A stretch of DNA of 64,000 nt, from contig NC_052159.1 in NCBI RefSeq assembly GCF_902713615.1, forward strand, positions 29,253,709 through 29,317,708, given 5' to 3'. Positions 12,324 through 24,159 of this stretch are shown piece after piece. The position numbers and the translations under genes were made by a program. Numbering within the stretch: the stretch's first letter is position 1; every line of letters begins with the position of its first letter. Under the pieces are notes generated by a model that did no database searches, was not told the DNA's origin, and saw only the letters and a program-made list of their open reading frames with translations. The DNA is from Scyliorhinus canicula (taxonomy: Eukaryota).

Positions 12324-12589
12324 TCAGCTGAGGTTGGTGAGGGAGAAGAACGTGGTAATCAGGAGGTTTCCGTGTTCATGTTTGAACTGATGCCATGAGA
12401 CTTCATGGGGTCCAGGGTCAATGCTGACGATGCCCAGGGCAACTGTGACACTGCGCCTGTGAGGGTCCCTCTGTTCTTCGCTCTTCTACCCAATTTGGAC
12501 TCTTGTTTTTGAATTAACATTACTTGTTTAAGTCTGGTCACCATTGTTGAGCCTTAATCCAATAAGGCAGCACAGATTTATAGTAGTTT

Positions 12590-12860
12590 CTTCTGTGCGG
12601 AGTCTGCACGTCCTCCCCGTGTGTGCGTGGGTTTCCTCCGGGTGCTCCGGTTTCCTCCCACAGTCCAAAGATGTGCGGGTTAGGTGGATTGGCCATGCTA
12701 AATTGCCCGTGGTGTCCTAAAAAGTAAGGTTAAGGGGGAGTTGTTGGGTTACGGGTATAGGGTGGATACGTGAGTTTGAGTAGGGTGATCATTGCTCGGC
12801 ACAACATCGAGGGCCGAAGGGCCTGTTCTGTGCTGTACTGTTCTAAATTTCTAAATTTCT
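12590..12860 (+). mobile_element. 5'-truncated HE1/V-SINE with a second CR1-type tail
   Basis: V core followed by GGCACAACATCGAGGGCCGAAGGGCCTGTTCTGTGCTGTACTGTTCTAAATTTCTAAATT. Confidence 0.85.
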
Positions 12861-13599
12861 GCCTTGGGTGCTGTTGAAACTCCACATTGTTAATGTGGTA
12901 AGACTGACCTCTTTCTGGCTGATCAAATAACCAATTAAAATAAATCAAATAAACATGAAGGACAAGAAAAGGAGCAGCCCCTTAAAGGGATACTGCTTGA
13001 AACAAAAAGCAAATCACAAATGAAACTTAAAACATCAAATAAAAACTCGATGAAGAGGGTCGATGAGGCACCCCAATCTCGATGACCAGGTGCGGAAAGC
13101 CTTGACAGTGCTGGTGGGCACTGCTCCCTCTCCAGTGACACCCGACTGTGAATTTAGCCGCGGTAGAGGAGCAAACAGTCAGGTCGTCACTTCTACATTA
13201 ATGTGAAAAGATAGATTGGCAATGAAAGTAAACTATTCAGTGTAGTTGATGCTACCTCTGATTTGCTGACAAGCAGCTGATAGAGGATGATGGAAGCACA
13301 TTTATTTTGGAAACTTAAGTAGTTACCTGCAAGTGTGATTTGACACTCAAATGTTTAGATTGTAAGCTGATGAAATAGCATACTTTGGATCACATTTTCT
13401 TGAAAGGTAGGATCCATGATAGAGTTAATAGCTAACGAAAAGAACTTAATGGGCTAAATGATTGAATTTAAATATGTTAATTGGAGGTGGAAATAATGGA
13501 TGTTGACTTCCACAGGATGGAATAACCTACTTAATTTCCAATGTAAAACTGCTAGTGTGATAAACTGCCAGCTTCACCAAAGTTATGTTTTAGAACTGG

Positions 13600-14243
13600 T
13601 GTAATGATATGTATATGTGTATATAACTAAAGGTTTAATTATTTTAGTTATTCTTTTATTTTTTTCCTTCTACATTTAGAGTACCCAATTCATTTTTTCC
13701 AATTGAGGTGCAATTTAGTGTGGCCAATCCGCCACGCCTGCATATATTTGGGTTGTGGGAGCAAAACCCACGCAAACACGGGGAGAATGTGCAAACTCCA
13801 CACGGCCAGTGACCCAGAGCTGTGATCGAACCTGGGTCAGTGCCTTGAGGTAGCAGTGCTCTCCACTGCGCTGCCTGAAAAGGGTTAATTATAATGTCTA
13901 GCTGCAACACTACCACTAGAGGGCACCACTAGATCCACCTATAAGTATCAGCTCCTATAGGATCTTGGTCTCTTCCACCTAGAAGTGTTTAGTAAGCAGT
14001 TGTGTATAATAGTTAGCTCTCAGTATAGTTAGTATTTATAGTTGTGAATCAGTTAATACAATCATATTTAATTACTTGATTTCTAGAGATAGTTCTGTAG
14101 GGTGTTGAAGTCAGATATAATCAATCATTACTTTAATAAATTAGTTTGCTTAAGTTGAAGACTCGTGGTTTCTTCAGGATCACACCATCTGCATCAACAG
14201 CAACTAGTAACAAATAGATATTACTAGACCCAGTAATATAACA
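13600..14243 (+). repeat. Gypsy 5' LTR (contains a SINE insertion)
   Basis: TGTAATG...ATATAACA, a direct repeat of 23494-23902 once the SINE is removed. Confidence 0.9.
13643..13877 (-). mobile_element. HE1/V-SINE, poly(A)-tailed variant, inside the 5' LTR
   Basis: V core, A-rich tail, and TSD AAAGG(T/G)TTAATTAT at 13629-13642 and 13879-13892. Confidence 0.85.
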
Positions 14244-17200
14244 TCCTGCTACCAGGATTGGCTGCAGTAAACTACCTAGAATAGAACAGTAAAGTTAGAA
14301 AAGAAGAAAGAAATGTTACAGCTATTCGGCAACAGAAGCATCACCTTCTGAAAAACTTCGATCATTCCCAGCCCGGTGGACAGAACACAAGCTCCTTGAC
14401 ACCTCAGAATCACCGGTAACTTAAATGTAAACTCGCGTTTGTTTAAACAACAATTTCAGCTATACTTACAAGCTTCTGACTTAAATAATGCCACAGATGC
14501 TCATAAAATAGCTCTGTTATTAACTATGGCTGGTCTACACGCGATAGAGATCTACAATTCATTTCAATAAACTGCGGGTCAAGACAAAACAAAGTTTGAA
14601 GTAAACCTTGCAAAATTTGATAGCCATTGTAAGATTCAAACCAATGAAACGTTTGAGCGTTTCCTATTTAAGAAGAGTTTGCAAGGAAAAGATGAATCCT
14701 TTAACAGCTTTGTAACAGATCTTGGGCTACTAGCATAATCGTGTAACTTTTAAGCACTTCATGATTCAATGATCGTGACCCAATAGTGTTTGACATTACT
14801 GATGAACATTTAAGGAAAAGATTACTACGGCAAAAAGAATTGACTTTAGCAATCGCGATAGAAATGTCTTTGGTTCATCAACAATCAAAAAATCAGTATC
14901 AAGAGTATTTTTTTCCGTGAAAAAGGCACAAAAATTCCCCACGAGGCAGTGTGTAAAGGCAGAGACAGATGCAGAAGATGCGTGTTTCGGATGGCAGCCA
15001 TCTTGCGTGCACGCGCATTCCAGCCCTGCGCATGCGCACTTCGCTCAGAAATGTGATGCGGCCAAAATCCGACCTGTGCATGCGCGAAGAAGTGTCGTGC
15101 ATCATGATGTCAGCGCAATGACTTGTTCAAGGTGTGGAACCTCCCACTTTCAGAAAAAATGCCCTGCCAGAGGAAAACAGTGCTCACAATGTGGCAGATT
15201 CAATCATGCTACATAGTGCAGATCGACACTCGCATTTAAAACTTCCAAACCAATTTCAAGGCAGACTAATGTCGCAGTGTTGAATCAAAAGAAGAAGAGT
15301 TAGAGCAAGATTTTTCAACAGATTCAGAAAGTTACTCCCTGGAAAATACATTCTTTGTTGGGATCATTGAAAAATATGAAAACTCCATTGAAGTAACTTT
15401 GCCTACCAAATCAATTAATTCCATTATTTTAGGTACTGAATGGAACACAGTGCTCAAAGTAAATGGACACGGGCGCATCAGCTAATTTGTTATCCAAGCT
15501 CAACGTCTCAAGGCTCAAGCTACCTCCAAAAATTCTTCCATCCGCCTGTAAATGTAGACCATAATGGCAGTAGAAATCTTGTCAATGCGATTGTGCTATT
15601 CAGTTGTTTCCAAAAAGGATATTGAAACAAAACTAAGATTTGAGATTGTCAAGTCAGATAAATAATCACTCTTGGGTGCCCAAGCCTGCAAGGAGTTATG
15701 CCTAATACAGCAACTTCGCCTCATCCTGATCTACAAAAGGATATCCAAAGAGTCCTTGATCAATATCCAGATGTATTCAAAGGCAAGGGTACTCTACCAT
15801 TTAAGTACAAGATTTTACTTCAATCAGATGCTAAACCTGTAGTACATCCAACAAGGAGAATTCCTGCTCCCCACTAAGAGAAAGGTTGAAGTTGGAATTA
15901 GAAAGGCTACAACAACAAGGTATCATATCAAGAATCACTGAACCGACTGACCGGGACAGTTCGATGGTTTGTGTGAAGAAACCGTCAGGTGATCTGCCGA
16001 TATGTATCGATCCCAAGGATTGCAATGAGAATATCATGAGGGAACCAGAACAACATTTCCCGAGACTGAGACAACTCTTTTCAACGCATAGATGATTATG
16101 GCCTTAAGCTGAATCAAACGAAATGTAGTTTTGGCTACACTTAAGTTCTTGGGAGACCAAATTTCAGAAAAGGGTGTGCGACCTGACACTGACAATATCG
16201 CAGCCATTCAAGGAATTAAAGTCCCGGAGGACAAAAAAGCAGTTCTTTGTTTTCTTGGTGTTGTCAAACTTTCTAGGCAAATTTATCCCTAATTTGTCCA
16301 ACTGAACAACTGTTCTGAGAAACCTGATTAAAAAAGCGACCTCGTTTGAATGGACAAAGGTTTAATAAACAAGTGGTTTGACTTAAAATCACAATCACAA
16401 CTGCACCGATTTTAGCATTCTTAGATACAAGTAAGGAGACACAAATTTCGATTGACGCAAGTCAGAACAGAATTGGAGCAGTTTTGTTGCAGAAGGATGA
16501 CAGCTCATCTTGGGTTCCTGTCAAATGTGCATCGAGAGCGATGACACCAACAGAATATCGCTACGCTCAAATCGAAAAAGAATGTCTGGGTCTACTAACC
16601 GGAATATTAAAGTTACTTGACTACATGTATTGACTTTCACTGTGGAGACCGACCACAGACCATTGGTGCATATTATTAAAAAGGATCACAACGACATGAC
16701 TCCACAACTCCAAAGAATTCTAATGAAACTCCGAAGATATGATTTCAACCTCATCTACACACCTGGAAAAGATCTGATCATAGCAGATGCGTTATCACAC
16801 TCCATCACTCGGCAAAGTGAGCCACTGGAATTCATTCAACAGGTTGAATCTCGGGTACAGATGTGTGCAGACAATATTCCAGCATCGGATGAAAAAGTCA
16901 ACTTAATAAGCGAGGAGACTAAAAAGGATGCATTGCTGAAACGTGTCATTTACCACATCATGACCGACAATGGACCATGTTTCGATAGCAATGACTGGGC
17001 AGAGTTTGCAAGACTCTACAATTTCAAACATATAACTCTAGTCCACATTACCCACAGTCAAACGGGAAAATGGAAAAAGGAGTACATTGTTTTTTTTTGT
17101 GAAATAATTTTTATTGAAAAATTTTGAATTTATACAACAACGAACCATAATACAATACCAAAAATAACAATAATATTAGCAATCATAAACATTCGCCCCA

Positions 17201-17337
17201 CCTCCATGAACAACACAGCATTTTAACAACAACGCAAATTAACACAATATTAAGTTACATAATAGAAACTACAATACGTTACCCCCCCCCCCCCCCAAAA
17301 CCCCACCCCGGGTTGCTGCTGCTATTGACCAAGATAC

Positions 17338-20300
17338 CTATCTTTGAGCCAGGAAGTCCAGAAAAGGCTGCCATCGTTTATAGAACCCTAGTATTGATCC
17401 TCTCAGGGCAAATTTGACCCTTTCCAATTTTATAAATCCTGCCATGTCACTGATCCAGGTCTCCACACTTGGGGGGGGCCTCGCATCCTTCCACTGTAGC
17501 AAGATCCTTCGTCGGGCTACGAGGGACGCAAAGGCCAGGACACCGGCCTCTTTCGCCTCCTGCACGCCCGGCTAAACCGCCACTCCAAAAATCGCGAGTC
17601 CCCACCCTGGTTTGACCCTGGATCCAACCACCCTCGACACCGTCCCCGCCACCCCCTTCCAGAATTCTTCCAGTGCTGGGCATGCCCAGAACATATGGGC
17701 GTGGTTCGCTGGACTCCCCGAACATCTGGTGCACCTGTCCTCACCCCCAAAGAACCTACTCATCCTAGTCCCGGACATGTGGGCCCGGTGCAGCACCTTA
17801 AATTGGATGAGACTAAGCCTCGCACATGAGGAGGAAGAGTTGACTCTCTCCAAGGCATCCGCCCAAGTTCCGTCCTCTATCTGCTCCCCGAGTTGTTCCT
17901 CCCATTTAGCCTTCAGCTCCTCCACTGACGACTCCTCCACCTCCTGTATTACCTTATAGATGTCAGACACCTTCCCCTCTCCGACCCACACCCCCGAAAG
18001 CACTCTGTCCATCGTCCCCCGCGAGGGCAGCAAAGGGAATCCCTCTACCTGTCGCCTAGCAAACGCTTTTACCTGCAAGTATCTGAACATGTTCCCTTGG
18101 GGAAGCCCAAATTTATCTTCCAGTTCCCCAGGCCCGCAAACCTCCTGCCAATAAACAGGTCCCTCAATTTACTGATGCCCACCCTCTGCCACCCCCTAAA
18201 TCCCCCATCCCTGTTCCCTGGGATGAACCGATGGTTGCCACCCAGTGGAGCCTCCATCGAGCTCCCTGTTTCCCCCCTGTGCCGCCTCCACTGTCCCCAG
18301 ATTCTTAGGGTCGCCGCCACCACCGGGCTCGTGGTAAACCTCTTGGGGGAGAGCGGCAACGGCGCCGTTACCATGGCACCCAGGCTCGTACCTCTACATG
18401 ACGCCATCTCCATTCTTTTCCTCCACCCCCCCCCCCCCCCCCCCCCCCCAAATCACCCATTTACGCACTATTGACATATTGGCTGCCCAATAGTACCCCA
18501 GAAGGTTGGGCAGCGCCAGCCCGCCTCTATCCCTCCCTCGCTCCAGGAACACCCTCTTCACTCTCGGAGTCCCATGTGCCCACACAAAGCTCAAAATACT
18601 GCTAGTCACTCTCCTAAAGAAGGCCCTGGGGATAAAGATGGGCAGGCACTGAAAGAGGAACAAGAACCTCGGAAGCACCGTCATTTTGACGGACTGTACC
18701 CTCCCCGCCAACGATAATGGCAGCATGTCCCACCTCTTGAACTACTCCTCCATCTGATCTACAAGTCTTGTGAAATTATGTTTGTGAAGAGTCCCCCAGT
18801 CCCTGGCCACCTGCACCCCCAGGTACCTAAAGCTCTCCCCTGCCCGCCTAAGCGGGAGCCTACCAATTACTTCCTCCTGGTCTCCAGGGTGCACCACAAA
18901 CACCTCACTCTTGCCTAAATTTAGTTTATAACCTGAAACGGTCCCAAACTCAGCTAGCAGCTCCATCACCCCCGGCATCCCTCCCACCGGGTCCGCCACA
19001 TACAGTAACAGGTCATCGGCATACACCGACACCCTATGTTCCTCCCCACCTCGCACCAAACCTCTCCACCTCTCTGAATCCCTCAACGCCATTGCCAGCG
19101 GCTCGATTGCCAGTGCAAACAACAAGGGGGACAGGGGGCAACCCTGCCTGGTCCCTCGGTAAAGCCGGAAGTACTCCGACCTCCTCCCATTCGTGGCCAC
19201 GCACGCCATCGGGGCCTCATATAGCAGCCTTACCCATCTAATGAACCCTTCACCAAATCCAAACCTCCCCAACACCTCCCATAAGTACCTCCACTCTATC
19301 GAACGCCTTCTTCGCATCCAGCACCACCACTATCTCTGCCTCCCTCTCAATCGCCGGCAACATAAGGACATTCAACAATCTCCGCACATTCGTGTTCAGC
19401 TGCCTTCCCTTCACAAAACCTGTCTGGTTCTCGTGCACAACCCCTGGCACACAGTTCTCTATCCTGGTGGCCAGGATTTTTGCCAGCACCTTGGCATCTA
19501 CGTTGAGGAGAGATATGGGCCTGTGTGAACCACACTGCTGGGGGTCCTTGTCCCTCTTTAAAATTAACGAGATCAGCGCCCGCGATATCGTCGGGGGCAA
19601 AGTTCCCCCTTCCCATGCTTCGTTGAGTGTCCGCACCAGCAAGGGGCCCACTAGGGCCACAAACTTTTTATAAAATTCCACCGGGAACCCATCCGGCCCC
19701 GGTGCCTTCCCTGACTGCATCTGTCCGATCCCCTTAACTAGCTCCTCCAGCTCAATTGGCGCAACCAACCCCTCCACCTGGCCTCCTGCACCTTCGGGAA
19801 AGAAAGCCCGTCGAGGAACCTCTCTATTCCCCTCCTCTCCCTCGTTGGCTCCGACCGGTACAGTTCCCCGTAAAAGTCCTTGAAGACCTCATTCACCCCT
19901 TCCGCACCACATTCCCACTCTTGTGTCTCACTCCAGCAATTTCCTTAGCCGCATCCCGCTTGCGGAGCTGATGAGCCAGCATCCTACTCGCCTTTTCACC
20001 ATGTTCGTACACTGCCCCTTGTGCCTTCCTCCACTATGCCTCCGCCTTTCTAGTGGTCAGCAAATCAAATTTAGCCTGCAGGCTGCGCCTCTCCCCCAAC
20101 AGTCCCTCCTCTGGTGCCTCTGCATACCTCCTGTCTACCTCCAGCATCTTTCCCACCAGTCTATCCCTCTCGCTCCTCTCCCTGTGTGCCCGGATGGATA
20201 TCAGCTCCCCACGAATCACTGCCTTCGGGGCTTCCCAGACCACCCCCACCTGAACCTCCCCTGTATCATTCACCTTGAGGTACCCCTCAATACTTGCCCG

Positions 20301-21095
20301 GACCCTCCTACACACCACCTCCGCCAACAACCCCACATCCAACCGCCACAACGGGCGCTGGTCCCGCACCTCTCCCAGCTCCAACTCCATCCACTGCGGA
20401 GCGTGGTCGGAGATTGCAATGGCCGAATACTCGGCCTCCTCCACTCTCGGAATCAGTCCCCTACTCACCACGAAGAAATCTATCCGAGAGTAGACCCTAT
20501 GTACGTGGGAGAAGAAAGAGTACTCGCGTGCCCTCGGCCTCACAAACCTCCACGGATCCACCCCACCCATCTGGTCCATAAACCCTCTCAGTACCTTGGC
20601 CGCCGCCGGCCTCCTACCCGTCCTAGAGCTGGACCGATCCAGTGAAGGATCCAACACCGTATTGAAGTCCCCCCCCCCCCAATGATCAGACCTCCCGCCT
20701 CCAGATCCGGGACCGGTCCCAACATACGCCTCATAAAGCCCGCATCGTCCCAATTTGGGGCATACACACTGGCAAGTACCACCTTCTCTCCTTGTAGCCT
20801 GCCCCTAACCATAACATACCTACCCCCCTTATCCGCCACCACCTCCGATGCCTCAAACAACACATTTTTCCCCAACAGAATCGCCACTCCCCGGTTCTTC
20901 ACATCCAACCCAGAGTGGAAAACCTGCCCCACCCATCCCTTCCTCGGACAGACCTGGTCCGCCACCTTCAGGTGGGTCTCCTAAAGCATTGCCACATCTG
21001 CCTTTAGCCCCTTCAGATGAGCAAGTACCCTCGACCGCTTCACCGGCCCATTCAATCCTCTCGCATTCCAGGTGACCAACCGAATCAGAGGGCGT
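17338..21095 (-). pseudogene. L1 ORF2 (APE endonuclease, RT, C-terminal zinc knuckle), multiply frameshifted
   Basis: VTWNARGL, VYAPN, GGDFN, YSRIDFF, ISDH, KAPGPDGF, RPISLLNVD, GTRQGCPLSPLLF, YADD and CTRC..HMFWAC. Confidence 0.92.
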
Positions 21096-21790
21096 CCCGC
21101 CCCCCTCCCCCATCGACTAGCCATAGCCCGTCGACTGCGTGCCCCAGGCCAGCACCCCCTGCCTGACCCAGTCCCCACAGCGACAACACCTCACCTCTGT
21201 CCCACCAGCTCCTTCCTGACCCTACCAGCAGCAACCCGGTATTCCCCTTTTCCCACCCACCCCCCACCCCCCAAGGCTAGGAACCCTCCTAGCCGCGAAC
21301 CGTCCTCCATTGTACTTCCGTGGGTCAGCTAACTTCTGCAGACCCCGGAAACTCCCGCCAATAACCCGACCCCTCCCAAAGTGGGATCATCCCTGAATCT
21401 ATCCCCCCTCCAGGCACCGCTCCAGCGCGGGGAAGAACCAGTTAAGGCCCCGCCTCCCCCCGTCATCGTCTCCACCCCCCAGCCCTGCAGCGCGGGAAAC
21501 CAGAGGAAAGCCCGTGCTTTCGCACTGCCCCACCACACCCTTCTGGCGCAGCTCCCAAATACCAGCCCCATTCCATACCCCCAACCTGACATAGAATACA
21601 ACAAACCCCCCCAACCCTCCCCGCAAGATACAAAACTCAAACAATGCCCCACAGCAAAAAAAAATAACAGAACAACACCCCCATAAATAACCATATCAAA
21701 ATTGCAAAAGTACAAATGAAAGAGAACACAGCAACAGCAGAAACCAGCAATAAAGCATTACAACCGACCCCGCAACCCCCAACCCCTAGT

Positions 21791-22631
21791 TCAAGTCCAG
21801 TTTCTCCGTCCGCACGAAGGCCCACGCCTCCTCCGGGGAATCAAAATAATACTGTAATGCCGGTCCGAATAAGTTGCCCACAGGCGCGCGGGCTGCAACA
21901 TTCCGAACTTTATCTTTTTCCTGTAAAGCACCTCTTTCGTCCGATTAAATCCGGCGCCACTTAGCCACCTCCGCACTCCAATCCTGGTAGATCCGTACTA
22001 CCCCATTCTCCCAATTGCTGCTCTTCACCTTCTTGGCCCAGCGCAGCACACACTCCCGATCACTGAACCGGTGGAACCTCACCAGCACCGCACGCGGGAG
22101 TTCATTCTCCTTAGGCCTCCTGGCCAGTACTCTGTGTGCTCCCTCCAGCTCCAAGGGCAGATGGAAAGACCCGGCCCCCACTAGCGAGTTCAGCATTGTA
22201 GCCACGTAGGTTGTCAGGTCCGACCCCTCCAGCCCCTCCGCAAGGCCCAAGATCCGCAGATTTTTCCGTCTCATGCGGTGATCAAGCTCCTCGAAGCGTT
22301 CCTGCCACTTCTTGTGGAGTGCCTCGTGTCCCTCCACCTTACTCACGAGGATCCCGGCCTCCTCTCGTTCAGTGGCCTGCGTCTGCAACTCCTTGATGGC
22401 AGCACCCTGGGTTGTCTGAATCTCCGACAGCCTTCTGTTCGTTTCCTGCAGAGAGCTCAGTACCTCAGCCTTGAAGTCTGCAAAACAGCGCAGGAGAGCA
22501 GCTTGTTGCTCCAGGGCCCACTGCTTCCACTCCTCTGGAGCTCCGCCGGCCGCCATCTTGGATTCCTTCCCCTGTTTTTTCTGGGGAGCTGCTGCCGTTT
22601 TTTCCCCCTTTTGGCTCCGAGTTCGAGTCAT
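21791..22631 (-). pseudogene. L1 ORF1p (coiled coil, RRM, CTD), frameshifted near the C-terminus
   Basis: RRKNLRILGLAEGLEG, LEGAHR, PRAVLVRFHRF, RIYQD, then FGMLQPARL in a second frame. Confidence 0.88.
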
Positions 22632-23493
22632 GGACTGTGGGGAAAGTCGATCAGCACACCTTCTCCCTCCAGGAGACGTCGAAAAATTTCCGTTTTGCTC
22701 TCTAAAAAGAGCCGAAAAGTCCGTTTAAAACGGAAGCTCCCAAATGTGTGGCTTCCTACGTCATCGCTGCCACCGGAAGTCAGGAGTACATATTGTTAAA
22801 CAACTGATTAATAAAGCTCTGGATTCTGCGTCAGACATCCATCTTGTGCTGCTATCCTACCGAGCAACTCCATTATCAACAGGTCTGTCACCAGCACAAA
22901 TGCTAATGAATAGAGATCTGAGAACAATGTTACCTGCGTTGCAGTTTCCAAATCATAATCATCTTCCAGTGTTACAAAAAATGCAACAGCTACGGGATTG
23001 TCAAAGATTATATTATTACATGCATGCCATCACCCTGGACTCATTATCTCAAGATGACACCGTTTGGATCAAAATACCTGATGGAGGTTGGCCAACTCCT
23101 GCAAAGATCATTAGACAAGCAGCACTCAGATCATACATAATCAAGACAACTAAAGGTAACATCCTACGTAGAAATCGTAGACAACTCGAGAAGACTCGAC
23201 CACAGAATTTTTACGGATCTACATATCAACGAAACTATCTTTCAAGATACGCTAATGAACAATCAAAGCAACACTGACATGCAAAGAACTGTCAAGAAAT
23301 CAGAATCACCACCTCGTTCACTAAGAAAATCTATGAGAAGAAGAAAGCAACCTAATAGACTTGTAAATGCTTCACAGGCAATTTGTGTATTTGTTATTCA
23401 TTTTGTTCGATACAAAGTTATACATGTTTTGGTTTACCTATTCTACATTTTCGCTTTGTTAAATCAAGAAAATGTTTTTTTTAAAAGGGGGGA

Positions 23494-23902
23494 TGTAATG
23501 GTATGCATGTGTGTATATGACTAAAGAGTTAATTATAACATCTAGCTGTAACACTACCACTAGAGGGCACCACTAGATCCACCTATAAATATCAGCTCCT
23601 AGAGGATGTTGGTCTCTTTCAACCCAGGAGTGTTTAGTAAGCAGTTGTGTATAATAGATAGCTCTCAGTATAGTTAGTATTTATAGTTTTGAATCAGTTA
23701 ATACAATCATATTTAATTACTTGATTTCTAGAGATAGTTCTGTAGAGTGTCAAAGTCAGATATAATCAATCGTTACTTTAATAAATTAGTTCGCTTAAGT
23801 TGAAGACTCGTGGTTTCTTCAGGATCACACCATCAGACCATCTGCATCAACAGCAACTAGTAAGTAGTAACGATACATATTACTAGATCCAGTGATATAA
23901 CA
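23494..23902 (+). repeat. Gypsy 3' LTR (409 bp)
   Basis: Preceded by the PPT. TGTAATG...ATATAACA, with TATAAAT near 23585 and AATAAA at 23780. Confidence 0.9.
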
Positions 23903-24159
23903 CTTGGCAATTTGAAAAAATCATGAATGAAAAATCTCTGTGCCAATTGCAGCAGAAACTTGTGGATAATGCACAGTAAATCAACTGCAATGTGATGACC
24001 CAATAACTTCCACAATCCACACAATTCAGACGACTTGCCTCTGGTTCAGAACATGGTGTGATGGTGGAGGGATTATTGAGTTTAATTGGAGTAGTTTTTG
24101 GCAGTAGCATGCACCTTGTGTTGCACATATGATACTCATGCCATAACAAGATTATGCTA

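Larger units (their letters stand above)
9505..12480 (-). mobile_element. Old CR1/L2-clade LINE remnant, host to nested SINEs and a MITE
   Basis: RT motifs AGVPQSGVLG..IFSCFINDLP..MFTDD..QQDLDNIQ.WADKWQVTF (ORF 9432-9776) and endonuclease remnants near 11730-12000. Confidence 0.75.
17088..22781 (-). mobile_element. Full-length L1/Tx1-like LINE inserted in the Gypsy integrase
   Basis: 5' end GACTTCCGGTGG, ORF1, a ~700-bp inter-ORF spacer, ORF2, poly(A) tail, and TSD AGGAGTACAT at 17078-17087 and 22782-22791. Confidence 0.95.
13600..23902 (+). mobile_element. Gypsy/Ty3 LTR retrotransposon, internally deleted, interrupted by a SINE and an L1
   Basis: LTRs 13600-14243 and 23494-23902 (TG...CA), PPT AAAAGGGGGGA at 23483-23493, gag zinc knuckles (CSRCGTSH..CPARGKQCSQCGRFNH), RT/RNaseH motifs (CIDPKD, VETDHRPL, YTPGKDLIIADALS) and integrase motifs (TDNGPCF, LLSYRATP..SPAQMLMNR). 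Confidence 0.93.

Noticed and set aside
17338-21095. Possibility that the L1 is intact and the frameshifts are homopolymer errors
   Set aside because: Some breaks lie in C runs (18426, 20669), but others and an in-frame stop near 20034 do not, so the copy is probably defective.
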